DNA of 64,000 bases, taken from positions 63,924,001-63,988,000 of the forward strand of contig NC_087437.1 in the NCBI RefSeq assembly GCF_036321535.1, given 5' to 3'. Made by a program: the position numbers and the translations under genes. Source of the stretch: Camelus dromedarius (Eukaryota). Shown in pieces: positions 39,660 through 52,600 of this stretch (the stretch's first letter is position 1; every line of letters begins with the position of its first letter). A model generated the notes under the pieces. That model ran no database searches, was not told the origin of the DNA, and saw nothing but the letters and a program-made list of their open reading frames with translations.

Positions 39660-42600
39660 TTGTTTGGTGAGGGTTAGGGGCAAGATATGGGGATAGGGGG
39701 TAAAGAGGTTCAGAGTACTATGTATAAAATAAGCAACAAGGATATATATTGTATATAGCATAGGAAATATAGCCAAATTTTATAGTAACTACAAATGGAG
39801 TATATAACCTTTAAAAGTTGTGTATCGCCATTATATATACCTGCAAGTTATATAATATTATAGATCAACTTTACCTCAATTAAATAAATAAAAGCAGCAT
39901 AGGAAAAGCAACAAGTTATATATACAAGAGCTAATAGTTGACTTTCCAGCAGAAACGGGGAAAGCCTACAACCAAGAATACTCTACTGGGCCAGGCTATC
40001 ATTCAGATGTGATGGAGAGATCAAAAGCTAAAAGAGTTCACCACCACCAAACAAGCTTTACAAAAAATGTTAAAGGGACTCTGTAAGTAAAAAATAAGGA
40101 AAGGCCACAACTAGAAATATGAAAACTACAAAAGGAAAAAAGCTTATCAGTAAAGGCAGTAAATCAACCATGTAAAAAGCTAGTAGGAAGATTAAAAGAC
40201 AAAAGCAGTAAAATCTACACCCACAATAAGCAGTTAAGAGATACACAAAACAATTAGATGTAAAATGTACCAAAATTAGTAATCACATATATATGGATTG
40301 CTATATATAAACTTCATGGTAACCACAAATCAAAATCTATAATAGATACACAAACATGACAGAAAGGAATCCAAACATAGTATCAAAGATAGTCATTAAA
40401 TCATAAAGAGAACAAAAAACAATAAAAGCAATAAAATGGTAAGCACATACCTATCAATGATCACACTGGAGCATTTTTAATTTCTATCTAACAAAAAGAT
40501 AGTGGCTCAATGGATATAAAACAAGCCCAGTACGTATATTGTCTAAAAAACCCTCAGCTCTAAAGACATAGATTGAAAGTGAGGGGATGAAAAAAGATAT
40601 TCCATACAAAAAGACAAAACAGATTTTAAACACTGTACCAAGAGGCAAAGGACATTACCTAATGATCAAGGGGTCAATGTCAGAAGACATAGCAATTGCA
40701 AATATATAGACATCCAACTTGGGAGCATCTAAATACACAAAGCAAATAACAGACATAAAGGGAAAGTTTGACAGTAACACAATAAGAGTAGGTGATTCAA
40801 ACATATCCCCACCAACACCCTACATCAATGGACAGATCATCTAGACAGAAAATCAAGGAAACACTGGCCTTAAATGACATATTAAAACCATATGGACTTA
40901 ATAGGTACATATAGATTATTCCGCCCAAAAGCAGCAGAATACATGTTATTTTCAAGTGCACATGGAACATTTTCCAGGATCACATGCTAGGCCACAAAAA
41001 ATGGTTTAGTAAATTTAAGAAAATTGAAGTCATATCAAGCATCTTCTCCAACCAAAACACAGAGAGTAGAAATCAACTACAAGGGAAAAAAACAAACAAA
41101 AAAACCATGGAGGCTAACAATATGCTACTAAATAACCAATGGATCACTGAAGAAATAAAAATCTGGAGACAAATGACAACAAAAACACAATGATCCAAAA
41201 TCTATGGGATACAGCATAAGCAGTTCTAATAGCAATACAAGCTTACCTCAGGAAATTAAAATCTCAAACCACCTAACCTTACACCTAAAGGAACTAGAAA
41301 AAGAACAAACAAGGAAAGAAGGCATAAAGATCAGAGCAGAAATCAATAAAATAGAGACTAGAAAAAGATAGATAAAATTAGAGCTGGTTCTTTAAAAAGA
41401 TGAACCAAACTGACAAACCTTTAGTGAGACATCAAGAAAAAGAGGGCTCAAATCAATAAAATCAGAAGTAAGAAAGTTACAATCAAAAGAAAAAGGATCA
41501 TAAGAGATTACTACAAACAACTATATGCCAGTAAAATAAACAACCTAAAAGAAATGGACAAATTCTCCGAAGACTGGACAAGAAAGAAGTAGAAAATATA
41601 AACTGACCAATTACCAGTAATGAAATTGAATCAGTAATTTTAAAATCCCAACAAAAATCCAGGACCAAATGGCTTTACAGGTGAATTCTATCAAACATTT
41701 AGAGAGGAGTTAACACCTATCCTCCTCAAACTACTCCAGAAAATTGCAGAGGATGGAATGCTTCCAAACTCATTCCATGAGGCCAGGATCACCCTGATAC
41801 CAAAAACGAAGATATCACAAAAAAAGAAAATTACAGGCTAATGTCGCTGATCATACATGCAAAAATCCTAAAGAAAATACTAGCAAACAAAATCTCAATC
41901 AAAAAATGAGCAGAAGACTTGAACAGACATTTTTCCAAAGAGGACACACAGATGGACAACAGGCACATGAAAAGATGCTTAACACTGCTAATCATTAGAG
42001 AAATGCAAATCAAAACCACAATGAGATATAGCCACCTGTCAGAATGGCTATCATCAAAAAGTCTACAAATAACAAATGTTGGCAAGGATATGGAGAAAAG
42101 GGAACCTTAGTACACTGTTGGTGGGAATGTAAATTGGTGCAGCCACTATGGGAAAGAGTATGAAGGTTCCTCAAAAAACTAAAAGTAGAACTATCATAGG
42201 ATCCAGCAATTCCACTCTTGGGTATATATCCGAAGAAGACAAACGCTAGTTGGAAAAGATACATGCACCCCATTTTCACAGCAGCATTTTTGACAATAGC
42301 CAAGATATGGAAGCAACCTAAGCGCCCATCAACAGACCAGAGGATAAAGAATATGTGGTACATATACATATAAAGGAATATTAGTCATCTGTAAAAAAGG
42401 AAATTTTGCCATTTGCTACAACATGGGTGAACCTACAAATACAATATGATATCACTTACATGTGGAATCTAAAAAATAAAACAAGTGAATATAACAAAAA
42501 AGAAAAAGACTCAGAGAACAAACTAATGGTTACCAGTGGGGAGAGGGAAGGGACATGGAGCAAGATATGGGTAGAGGTTTAAGAGGTTCAAATTATTATG

Positions 42601-42752
42601 TATAAAATAAGCTACAAGGATATATCTTACAGCACAGGGAATAACCAATATTTTATAATAACTATAAATGGAGTATATTCTATAAGAATTTGAAACATTA
42701 TGTTGTATATCTGAAACTAACATAAAATTGTAAATCAACTATATCTCAAAAA
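39660..42752 (+). mobile_element. L1 pieces inside provirus 3: short 3' end (39660-39890), then ORF1 end/ORF2/3' UTR with a large internal deletion near 41890
   Basis: Endonuclease-region MLGHK..FSKFKKIEVISSIFS and ccaggaccaaatggctttacaggtgaattcta (RT N-terminus). Abrupt jump to [19 protein letters not shown], then 3' UTR and A tail. Confidence 0.88.
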
Positions 42753-43004
42753 ATACAGACATGTCTTACTTTTATTGTACTTAGGTTTGCTAAAAGTCAA
42801 ATAAACTTCATGACAGAGATAATACGAATTTATCCACCAAAATAATAGTTTGGAATTATGGCTAACTTGATCTAATGTCTCGTAAAGTTTTCATGGGTAA
42901 TCTATACATAATTGTAATTCAATAGACATAAATGGGGAAGAGCTTTTAGGTGAACTCTAAAAATTATGTTTTATGGTATGTCTGCTTAAAAATATTTTCT
43001 TCAA

Positions 43005-43738
43005 AAGGGAACACTCTTATACTGTTGGTGGGAATGTAGTTTGGTGCAGCCATCATGGAAAACAGTATGGAGATTCCTTAAAACAAAAAACAGACTTACC
43101 ATATGATCCAGCAATCTCACTCCTGGGCATATATCCAGAGGGAAACTTAATTCAAAAAGACACATGCACCCTAATGTTTACAGCAGCACTATTTACAACA
43201 GCGATGACATGGAAACAACCTAAATGTTCATCAGATAAAGAAGTTGTGGTATATTTATACAATGGAATACTACTCAGCTATAAAGAAAATAAAATAATGT
43301 CATTTGCAGCAACATGGATGGAACCTGGAGAATGTCATTCTAAGTGAAGTAAGCCAGAAAGAGAAAGAAGAATACCATATGATATTACGTATATGTGGAA
43401 TCTTGAAAAAAAAAAAAAGAACTTATTTACAAAACAGAAACAGACTCACAGACATAGAAAACAAACTTGTGGTTACCAGGTGGGGAAGGGGGTGGGAAGG
43501 GATAAATTGGGAGTTTGAGATTTGCAGATACTAATATATATAAAATAGATAAACAACAAGTTTATAATGTATGGCACAGGAAACCATATTCAATATCTTG
43601 GTGCAAAATATATGGTGAAAAAGAATATGAAAATGAATATATGTATGTTCCTATATGACTGAAGTGCTGTACACCAGAAATTGACACAACATTGTAAACT
43701 GAATATATACTTCAATAAAAAAAATATATATATATAAA
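43005..43738 (+). mobile_element. 5'-truncated L1 3' end
   Basis: [15 protein letters not shown]...[18 protein letters not shown]. Ends with caataaaaaaaa(ta)n. Confidence 0.9.
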
Positions 43739-44594
43739 TTTTTTTAAAAGATTCATAAGAAGGACTTATTGAAAAGGTTTCTGATGACTTTTAGATCATA
43801 CCACTGAACTAGGTAAGAAATTACAAAACTGATGGGAAACCCACTGGCTTCATCCAAATCACAGGAATCACTTACATGGGACTCAATAATAAAAATGATT
43901 TATAATTTTATGATTTTTGTCTGATATATTACTGGGTTTATTCTTTGCTTTACAGAAAACCTTTCTTCTTACACTAAACTATGACAAGTTGATGAACTTA
44001 TAAGTAAAGATGAAACATATGTCTTTTTCTCTCTACCCAGTCCCTCCAGAACTTGGCTTCTCCAGCTGGCTCCCCTCTGGACTTGATGGTTTATAGTGAC
44101 CAAATTACAACTAGTTATAAACAATGTGAAAATTAATTATGATCAGTATGTTTCATCTTTCTCTGCTGTACTATGACTTTATTAATGTTATTAGCTATAT
44201 TACTTATATCCTGTCTATTTTATAAGATTGTTGTCTCTTACATTACTCAATGTGTAACAAGGCCTCTGACAAATTAATTATGGCTAAAATCTTAAGACAA
44301 TTGGTTATATATATAACTCTATAAAATAATTGTAATAGTGCAACTCTAGATATGGAAAGAAATAAGAAAACATGTCCTGGATCATAATAGACTAGTAAAA
44401 CAGACAACCCAAAGAATGTTAGGTTATCAACAAGGCCTAATCAAAACAAAAAACAAAACCAAAAAAACCACATTGAGTGGTCTACCAACAAAATCCTCAT
44501 GTGACCTAGGATAGAGAATTCCTAGCACCATGGTATAAATTAGCCATAGACTGCCTCCCAAAACTTGGTCGAATTTACTACCAAGAGGGGGCCC

Positions 44595-45040
44595 TGTAGA
44601 AAGGAAATGCTGCCTGCTATTCCAGTTCCACAAGGATCAAGCCACCAGCCACCGCAACTGCCCCCTGATGGTACACCTGAAGGGAAATGATTAAGGTGAA
44701 AAACAAGCATTCTGTGCTTCAGATACTGGCCCCTAGTTGAGATGCATATCTAAGGAGTAATTTCAATCAGCCCAGACTTTTGCATTTTCCTGTACAAAGA
44801 AAAGCACTAAAATTATTAACTTGAAATGTCTATTTTCTGTGATTAGCAGTAATATTTTGATGTTTGACTAAACTTTTTTCAGCAAAAATCTCCAATATAA
44901 CCTGGCTCCTCCCTTACCTCTTCTGAGAGGTTTCTCAGACGTTATCTGAGAGGCTGACTCTTGGGCTATAGTTCTCAGTAAGGTCCCCAAATAAAACCTA
45001 ACTTGCAACTTTTAGGTTGTGTGTTTTTATTCAGTCAACA
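44595..45040 (+). mobile_element. 3' LTR of nested provirus 3
   Basis: Preceded by PPT aagaggggg. Runs tgtagaaagg...aataaa...ttcagtcaaca and is followed by TSD GGAT. Confidence 0.9.
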
Positions 45041-45176
45041 GGATCAAAATGTTAACTTGAAACCAGGAACAAGAGAATACTTTCAAATAAGTGCTAACCA
45101 ATTTCATTCTTCAAGCCCTAGTTAGGTCTAGCCTATGCCCCTTATCAGCAAGAAGTAGCCAGAACAGTTATTGCCC

Positions 45177-45935
45177 TGAAACTGGCCCCCCCTAAAACCA
45201 AGCTCCCTTGCCAAGTTTATGATTAACTCTCTGTTCAAGTCTCTTTTCCCTTTCTTGTCCCGCACTTGTTTCCCTCAGGACTGAGGAGTATCAAAGGGGG
45301 CACTGAAACTGAGCAGGACCTTGCAGGGCCCTCTTGGGTACAAAAGCCCATCTATGTCCCCTGTTTCTTCTTTGTAGGAAAAAGGCTTTAGTCTCCCAGG
45401 CCTTCCTTGAGTTCCAAAGAGTAAATTCAAGCTGTTACTAATTAGGGAAGTGAGGGAATGCAGAACAAAGGAAAAGCAGTTAAGAAAGAAAAGTCATGAC
45501 AGCTTAAAACAGTTCTAGTTTCTCCTCAAGGGATATACATGACAACCTGACACATACCTTTGAGTTCTGCAGAAACTAAGATCCCCCCTCAAAACTAGAT
45601 GGAGGATGGTGACTACATGCTGACCACAAGCACCAGACCCCAGATTGCCTGCAACCAGAAAATTGATGATTAAGATTCCCAAAACATCATTCTGTTACCT
45701 CACTACCAACCAATCAGAGGAAAGTCCATGAGTTGCAACCCCTATCCCAAATATTGTCTTTAAAAACCCTTCCCTGAAAACCATCAGGGAGTTTGGGTCT
45801 TTTGAGCACGAGCTGCCTGTTCTCTTTGCTTGATGCCCTGTAATAAGTGCTGTACTTTCTTTCCGCACAACCAGGTGTCATCAGATTGACTTTGCTGTGC
45901 AGCAGGTGATCAGACCCAAGTCCTGTTTGCTAACA
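45177..45935 (+). mobile_element. Collapsed LTR element (short 5' remnant + PPT + complete LTR 45304-45935), third LTR family
   Basis: TSD GCCC at 45173-45176 and 45936-45939. tgaaactg occurs at both 45177 and 45304, with PPT aaaggggg before the second. Ends ...taaca. Confidence 0.85.
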
Positions 45936-45982
45936 GCCCCTCTTCCCTCAAGACTGGCAAATGAGCAAAAGCTAGAGGGAAC

Positions 45983-46515
45983 TGAAACCATGGGTTAAAT
46001 CCATTTCACCAATCAAGGTTGTTGTAAGACTTGCATGTCCTCCAAGGGGCACGTAGCCTAAACAATAAGATGTTTGCAGCTTCATCTAGTTCAGCTTAGC
46101 TAAGAGTCAGCTTTGTCTAGTTCAAGTTAAGCTGGCTAAGACTGGATAGGACCACCAACCCCTAAACTGGGCATGTGCAAATGTCCTCTCAGTGACCCCC
46201 TGACCTCAGAGGGGTGACAATCCCACCCTCAGAACATGCAGGGGCCTGTGGCCCCGTTACGCACAGAACGTTGATTACCACACCTTTTTCCAATCACCTT
46301 TCCCCTCAGTCGCCACACCTCAGACTGCCCTGCTTCTTTATTCTTTATTCCATAAATCCTGAGTCCCCTTGCCCATGGGGAGGCGGGTTTGAGATTTGTT
46401 CTCCAGCCTCCTTGCTTGACTGCCTTGCGAGTAAACCCTCTCTTTGCTGCCCGCTTCGGCATCACAGCATTCTGGCTTGCTGTACATCCAGCAGAATGCT
46501 CCTGGCTCAGTAACA
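45983..46515 (+). mobile_element. ERV1-class LTR C (3' LTR of provirus 2)
   Basis: Preceded by PPT-like aaaagctagagggaac. Runs tgaaaccatggg...cagtaaca and is similar to LTR A and B. Confidence 0.9.
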
Positions 46516-48190
46516 CTCCCACCCTGCTGTGGGTAGTGAAGACAAAGCCTCAGATAGGCCCATGGAACCACACATGCAGCCACATGCACACCCAGGGCAT
46601 GCCACAACAACAATTTAGACCTTCATAAGCCCTTCCCATCCCCATCTCCACTGAGCTAATCTCAGAGAACAGGTTTGTTTCTCCAGCAGAAATTACACTT
46701 TTCTTCAAAAGCATATCCATACCTAGAATGTTAATTAGCAAAGAAGCCACTGTTACGTAGGGTGAGTTTTGAACACCACATTAATGCCCACTGACAGCAA
46801 AGGCTGCGGAAAGCAAGGTGAGACTTCATCCAACCAGGGGATGACTTGCTTGAGGGTGAAGGGGGAGCAACGTTAGCAAGAAGGCAAGGTGAACCTTGGT
46901 CTGCTGAGGAAGCTGAAGCTAAGCGTTCACCAGGTAGTCATGTTACATTAAGACTTTTCAAATTACATTTATAGAACTTTTCCTAAAGCGAATACCTGAA
47001 TGGTATATAGATAAATCATGCCCACAGCTGTAGTCTTTACATGATAAAACTTGGGTGTTTCTGTAATGCTACAATCTGGCCATGGGTTGCTAATCAGTGG
47101 AAAATGAGCTTCCCAGAGCCTGAAAGAGATGCTGAGCTGGCATCGCTGCAGGACAGGAAAGCATTCTTAGGCACGGGATATACACACACACTCAAAGGTA
47201 GTGCTGAACAGACTCTCGCTGCCACGTACACAAGAGAACTGCACTGGCAGGAACAAGCACATCATACAAACCCACAGCTTATGAATTTATCTAGATCGAA
47301 ACTCCACACTGAAGACGACAAATACTATACAGGTCATCATCTCCAGAAGGGAGGAGTCACATGGCTGGGCCATGCTGGCCGTTGTAAGCAGCACGAAGCA
47401 TGGGCGTCAGGAGGAATGTTGGAAGTGCTAGTGTAAACTGTGGGGCTGGGGGTGAGGCGAGGGGACAGGTGGCCAGAGGATACCGTGCCCCCTCATTTGG
47501 ATGAACTTCCCAGTGTCCAAAGATCTTTCATGTACATTTTCTCACTGTGCTTCCCCACCCAGGCGTAGGAGGCAAATGACTGGTCCAGCTCCTGCAGTGG
47601 CTCAGATCCTTGGTAACAAAAGCTGTGGCATTAGCCTAGGGCCACTTCTGTTCACTGTGCCCACGTGGCTGAGTACTGACAATGTTGGCAGGAACAGAGG
47701 GCTTGCCATTCTTCAAGGCTGACAATAGATGAAATGAGATCCAATTACTATAGTATTACAGCTTTTCTTCTCCTTCCAGATTAAAGAAAAAAAACCCTTT
47801 GGTGGTTTATTTTCTGTCTTGGGAAGAAAAAATATATTTGCTGTCCTCTTGCCTATCTTTCCTTCCCACCTGCGAGGTCACTGCTTCGCAAGACAGACAC
47901 AAGAACAAAGAAAAGTGAGGCCATTGGAATGGCTGACCTTCAAGATTTCTTCCTTTCTGGCATTCCCTGACTCTAAATATTTGTGCAACTCTTTATCCAG
48001 TCTTCAAGTGCCAGACTACAGGAATGGCACAAACAAAAACTGAATTAGGATTTTAAGATTTTAGAGCCAAATGCAGAGACACAAAGGAGATGAAAACACC
48101 TTGCCAGGAGGGATCTGTGGGAGGATCACCTTCAAACCAAAGTCAGAAGCAGGCTTTGTCTGTTCTCTCCTCCTCCTCCTGACACTAACC

Positions 48191-48220
48191 CAGCAGCAGC
48201 AGCAGCAGCAGCCGCCGCCA
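48191..48220. repeat. Trinucleotide repeat (CAG)7(CCG)2CCA, intergenic
   Basis: Directly visible. Confidence 0.95.
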
Positions 48221-49489
48221 TGCATGATGCCCTTTTCTATCAAGGGCTCTGATCCATAGAGTGGGGAGAGATGGGTGGAGGTCAACCAAGGTTCACAGAG
48301 CAAGCAGAGGGTCCAAAAGACAGGGGATGGGAACAAGACAAAGAGAAGGAAAAGGATTCTTTGGCGCTAAGAGTAAAGTAGGCATCCTGTCCTCATTGGC
48401 TTGCCAGTCTCAAACCTTATCATGTTTCTACTGAGCAGAGGTGAGCTAGCCCCTTCCCCTCTTGCTGACTGCATATTCATCTCCAAGGCCCCTCTCATAT
48501 TGCTGGTCTATTAGGCCCATGAATTTAAAGAAATTCACTGAAATCCATTAGGGGCCTCATCACTCCCCCTACCTGCCACCAACCCAATTTATAATTTAGA
48601 CCTGCCTGGAATCTCTAGTTTGTCAGCCTCTCTGGTTATTCTTAGACTATTTTCCAATTTTGCAAAATTTGCTTCTCTGCTTCAGTATTGTCAGTTAAAG
48701 TGACATTTCCCTGGCTCAAATTTTTTTTGCAGGGGGTGCATTTTGCTTAAGATTACTCTCTTGAAAGCCACGTTGCATCTGTGTTTTTTAAGAGTGGCTT
48801 GAACTCTCACATCCTCAGCATCTAAATATTTCTATACTGCACTTGAAGGCTGCTGACTGCCTTCTCCACCCCTCACTTCCCAACAGTGCACAGACCACAT
48901 GCACATACACACCCATGGGGGCCGTACAGAGTGATGGGCACTAAGTGGCAGCCATCCAGAAGTATCCGATAGACCAAACTAGAAAGGATGATGGGGCCAA
49001 AGTGCCAGTGCTACACTGGATAAGGCAAGGTTTCTAGAGGCACCTTCCGCATTTGACAGCAGTCCTCCAGTGCCTAGGAAACTGTGGGGTCCTGGAGAAC
49101 AGTCTACTTCTTCCAGGCTGAGTGACATTGGATTAAGTGACAACTTCATCCTTTTTACTTACCTCAGATGGATTTTTGTTAAGCTCACATAGATTCTGTA
49201 CATGAAACCCCTAATGTGCAGCAGGAATCTGGCAAGCATCACTCCCTCAATTCCTTTCTCTGCCTTTGAATGCCCCAGTGCCCTGCCCAGAAGTCTGCAC
49301 ACAAGAGCTTGCCAAGGAAGGACACCTGCCTACTAAATATTTCAACAGGATCCTCACTTAATTCACAATTACTGAAAAGCTATGTGCAATGATGTATTAT
49401 ATTTGGGAGCATTTGCGATTTAAAAGATTATTATCCTGAAAGTAACACCAACCAGAAAGACAGACCACAGCGCGGCAGCAAACGCTGGC

Positions 49490-49680
49490 CTAGTACTCAC
49501 TGTGCCAGGCTCTAGGTGCTTTCTGTTTATTGACTCATTCAATCCTCACAACGCTTTGCCCAAAGTACCATTATTATTCCTACTTCACAGATGAGGAAAC
49601 TGAGGCAGAGAGGTTACATGACTTGCTGAAATCACAATGCCAGTGGAAGGGAGAGCCACGGGTCTGGATCTAAATTCAAT
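49490..49680 (-). mobile_element. MIR SINE
   Basis: cacagatgaggaaactgaggcagagaggttacatgacttgc core. Confidence 0.85.
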
Positions 49681-52600
49681 GACTATTCTATACTGCAAAT
49701 AGTTGCCTTCTATTTTTTGTTTGATGTTTTCAGATACAGGAACTACTTAAAATTCCCAACAAATTAGTTTATATCAAAGAAACAATCTATGCTGGCCTTC
49801 AGCTAAAAAAAGTAAATGTTTGTAACATATGAATTACCAATGAAGCTTTAACATTCTATATCAAGAATCATTAATTCATGAGTTAGTTTTACGAGAAAGA
49901 CTAAACTTTATACCTCCTTGCCCTAAAATCTAAGGCACGCTTAGGGTTCACCATACCTCTGGCAACCATCAGACCTATGTCACTGTTATAAAAATTTTAG
50001 GAAACAATTTCATTCAGTCTAGGACATGGATACTACAAGAGTTCGCAATAACCTGATCTCTTTTATTTTAAAAGTAATGTAATTACTTGTATATATATTC
50101 CAACATATATTCCTTATATATTTCAACATATTTCCATGTTGCCTAGCTTAATATTGCAAGGTGTTTAAGGGCATGAGTTCTAAGTCCGATCCGTACTGAA
50201 AGCATGGTGCCACCACATAGGTTAGATTGTGGCTGTGGTCTAGTCACCCAACTTCTTTAGGCCTCGAGTGCTTTGTCTATAAACAGAAAGTCTTCATAAA
50301 AGCTTTCTGTGAGGATGCTCAGCACACACAGTGCCATTTCCCACTGCACGTTGGCTTCATCTGTTCTCACTGTTCCTGTAACAGTAAGAGCCCAGTTTTG
50401 TCGGCAACACACAAGTGGAGAACTTTCTTTCTGAAAGGCTCTGTGGCATGGAAAAATGAGCATCAAATTTTGAGTCATTTAAACCTGAATCCCAGATTTG
50501 AACTTGAGTCTTTGTTTTCTCAAGTGAACACGAGCTAATGCTCACTCAGCCAACAAGGGTGCCATAAGGATTAACTATGTACGACGTCCGATACTGGCCC
50601 ACAAAAAGCACTAACAGGCATTCTTATTTCATTAGTCCTAGGTATGCAGGAATTCAAAGTGTGAAGGCAATATATTCTTTGTTCACCTTTAGGCAAGGTC
50701 TCCTTGACAACCCAACCTTGAAGAAAAGCATTGGCACAAAGGAGGCAGGCGACCAAGGCAGAGCTGGGGAGGGGCTGCCGGGACCAGTAAGGAAACAGAA
50801 CATGTAAGTCCTGTTTCTGACTGTCATATGGAGCCTGAATGTGCTTCTGTGAGTGATGCTTGCACTGCTATGCCAAGGGATGCAGGAGAAAAGGGCAAAT
50901 GTGAACCGTGGATGGGGTTGGGCTGAAAATGCCATTTGTTGCCAAGGAAACGTCAAGAACAATTCATAAGGCTAGGGTATTGATTTCAGGAACTCTGAGA
51001 ACTAAGCCTGTTCTCTCCTTGAGTTTCCCACAGCCTCCACCGTGCTGAAACTATTCATTATGCACCAGCACCACCAACGCCGAAGAAAACGTATGCACAC
51101 GTTAACGTCACTCCCTGTAACACAAGCAAGGAGGATACAAGTCATGTGGCTTCCAACCATGCAGTGCTGTGACGCTGTGATTTCATCTGCTGAATAAAGT
51201 AACCTAGAAAGCTTGGAAACCCAAGGAAACGATGTTACAAGAATGGCAGCCACAGATACAACTTCTCTTTGAAAAGCTCAAGAAGACTGCAACATGTCAA
51301 CATTCAACAGCAGTCCCAGAACACTGATGAAGATGATTAGATACCTCTAATCTTAAACAAGACTAGAAGAGTTAAATCCTCAGCTGATATGACCTCTGTA
51401 AACAACTCATTATAACCCTTGGAGTTGGAGGGGTTTCTTCTATTAACTTTAGGCTAGGACATTCCTAAAGCCAATTTAAACCAAAAATCAGGTATGATTT
51501 TACCACAGCATTTTTAGGTAGAAAGACTCTACTTCCTTACAGATAATAAAACAGAAAAATACAAAGAAAGCTTGACCACAAAGAACGCAGCCCTGAAGAG
51601 TAACCCATAATGTGTGGTAAAGCTAACTGTTCAATTTGGTCTGAGTGGTGGCTGACTTTGAAATAATTTGTTCTTTTACCACATACTTTATTATGGCTCC
51701 AATTTTTAACATGAAAAGTTTGTTAAAATAGCAAGAAGAAAAGTGAAGGCACACACACATGCACACACTTTATTGTGTCTCTTGGAAATCCAACAGCTTT
51801 CTTGGAAATCCAAGTGACTCCCTGGGTTACTCGATAAACCTTTTGGAATAAAGCCTCAATGACTGCCTTTTTGGTAGGCAGCTCACCTTAGGAGGAAGCA
51901 CTTCTGTGACATGGGGGTTAAGGCTCACCTGACAATCTGGTCTCTGTGAAGCCTTGACAAGTCAGGATTCTAATGAGATTCCAGACATAGCCCAATAGAA
52001 ATGGAGCTGTGTGTTTCTTCAGACTGGATTCCACTGTGAAAAACACCACATTCAATGCCAAATAAATGTGCTAATCCAGGAGCAGTGCATTCACTTTATA
52101 CAAGTTATAAAATTACAAAATTGGGTAAAAGGTTTTCCATGTCTCAAGGCATTTGTCTTCAGTGGATTTTCAAGCTTTAACAAGGATATTTGTTTTTGGC
52201 TTAGGATAAGAATTCTTACGGGAACAAAATCCTCTATTAACCACACAAAACACCCTGAAATGAAACCCTTGAAAGCTGGGACAAGTTGAAAATCCAAGGC
52301 ACAACTGTAATATGGAAATGTGTGTAAAACAATTGAGGATTTTGTTCACTTAACAGGACCCCCAAGTGCAAACATTTTACCAGAATTCATCAGGAAGACA
52401 TCTCCCCTAAGGAACACGCTTTGACTTATGGATAGAGAGCAAGGTAAAACTTGTTTTCCTTCTTCTAGCCTTGACTTCCAAGAGATTCGAGAGTCACATT
52501 TTATAACCAGTGACAGCAATGTGTTCATCCTTCCTTCCACTTTCATTGATCTTGTTTTTCTCCCCTTAATGTTCATATTTTATTAACATTATTGTATATG

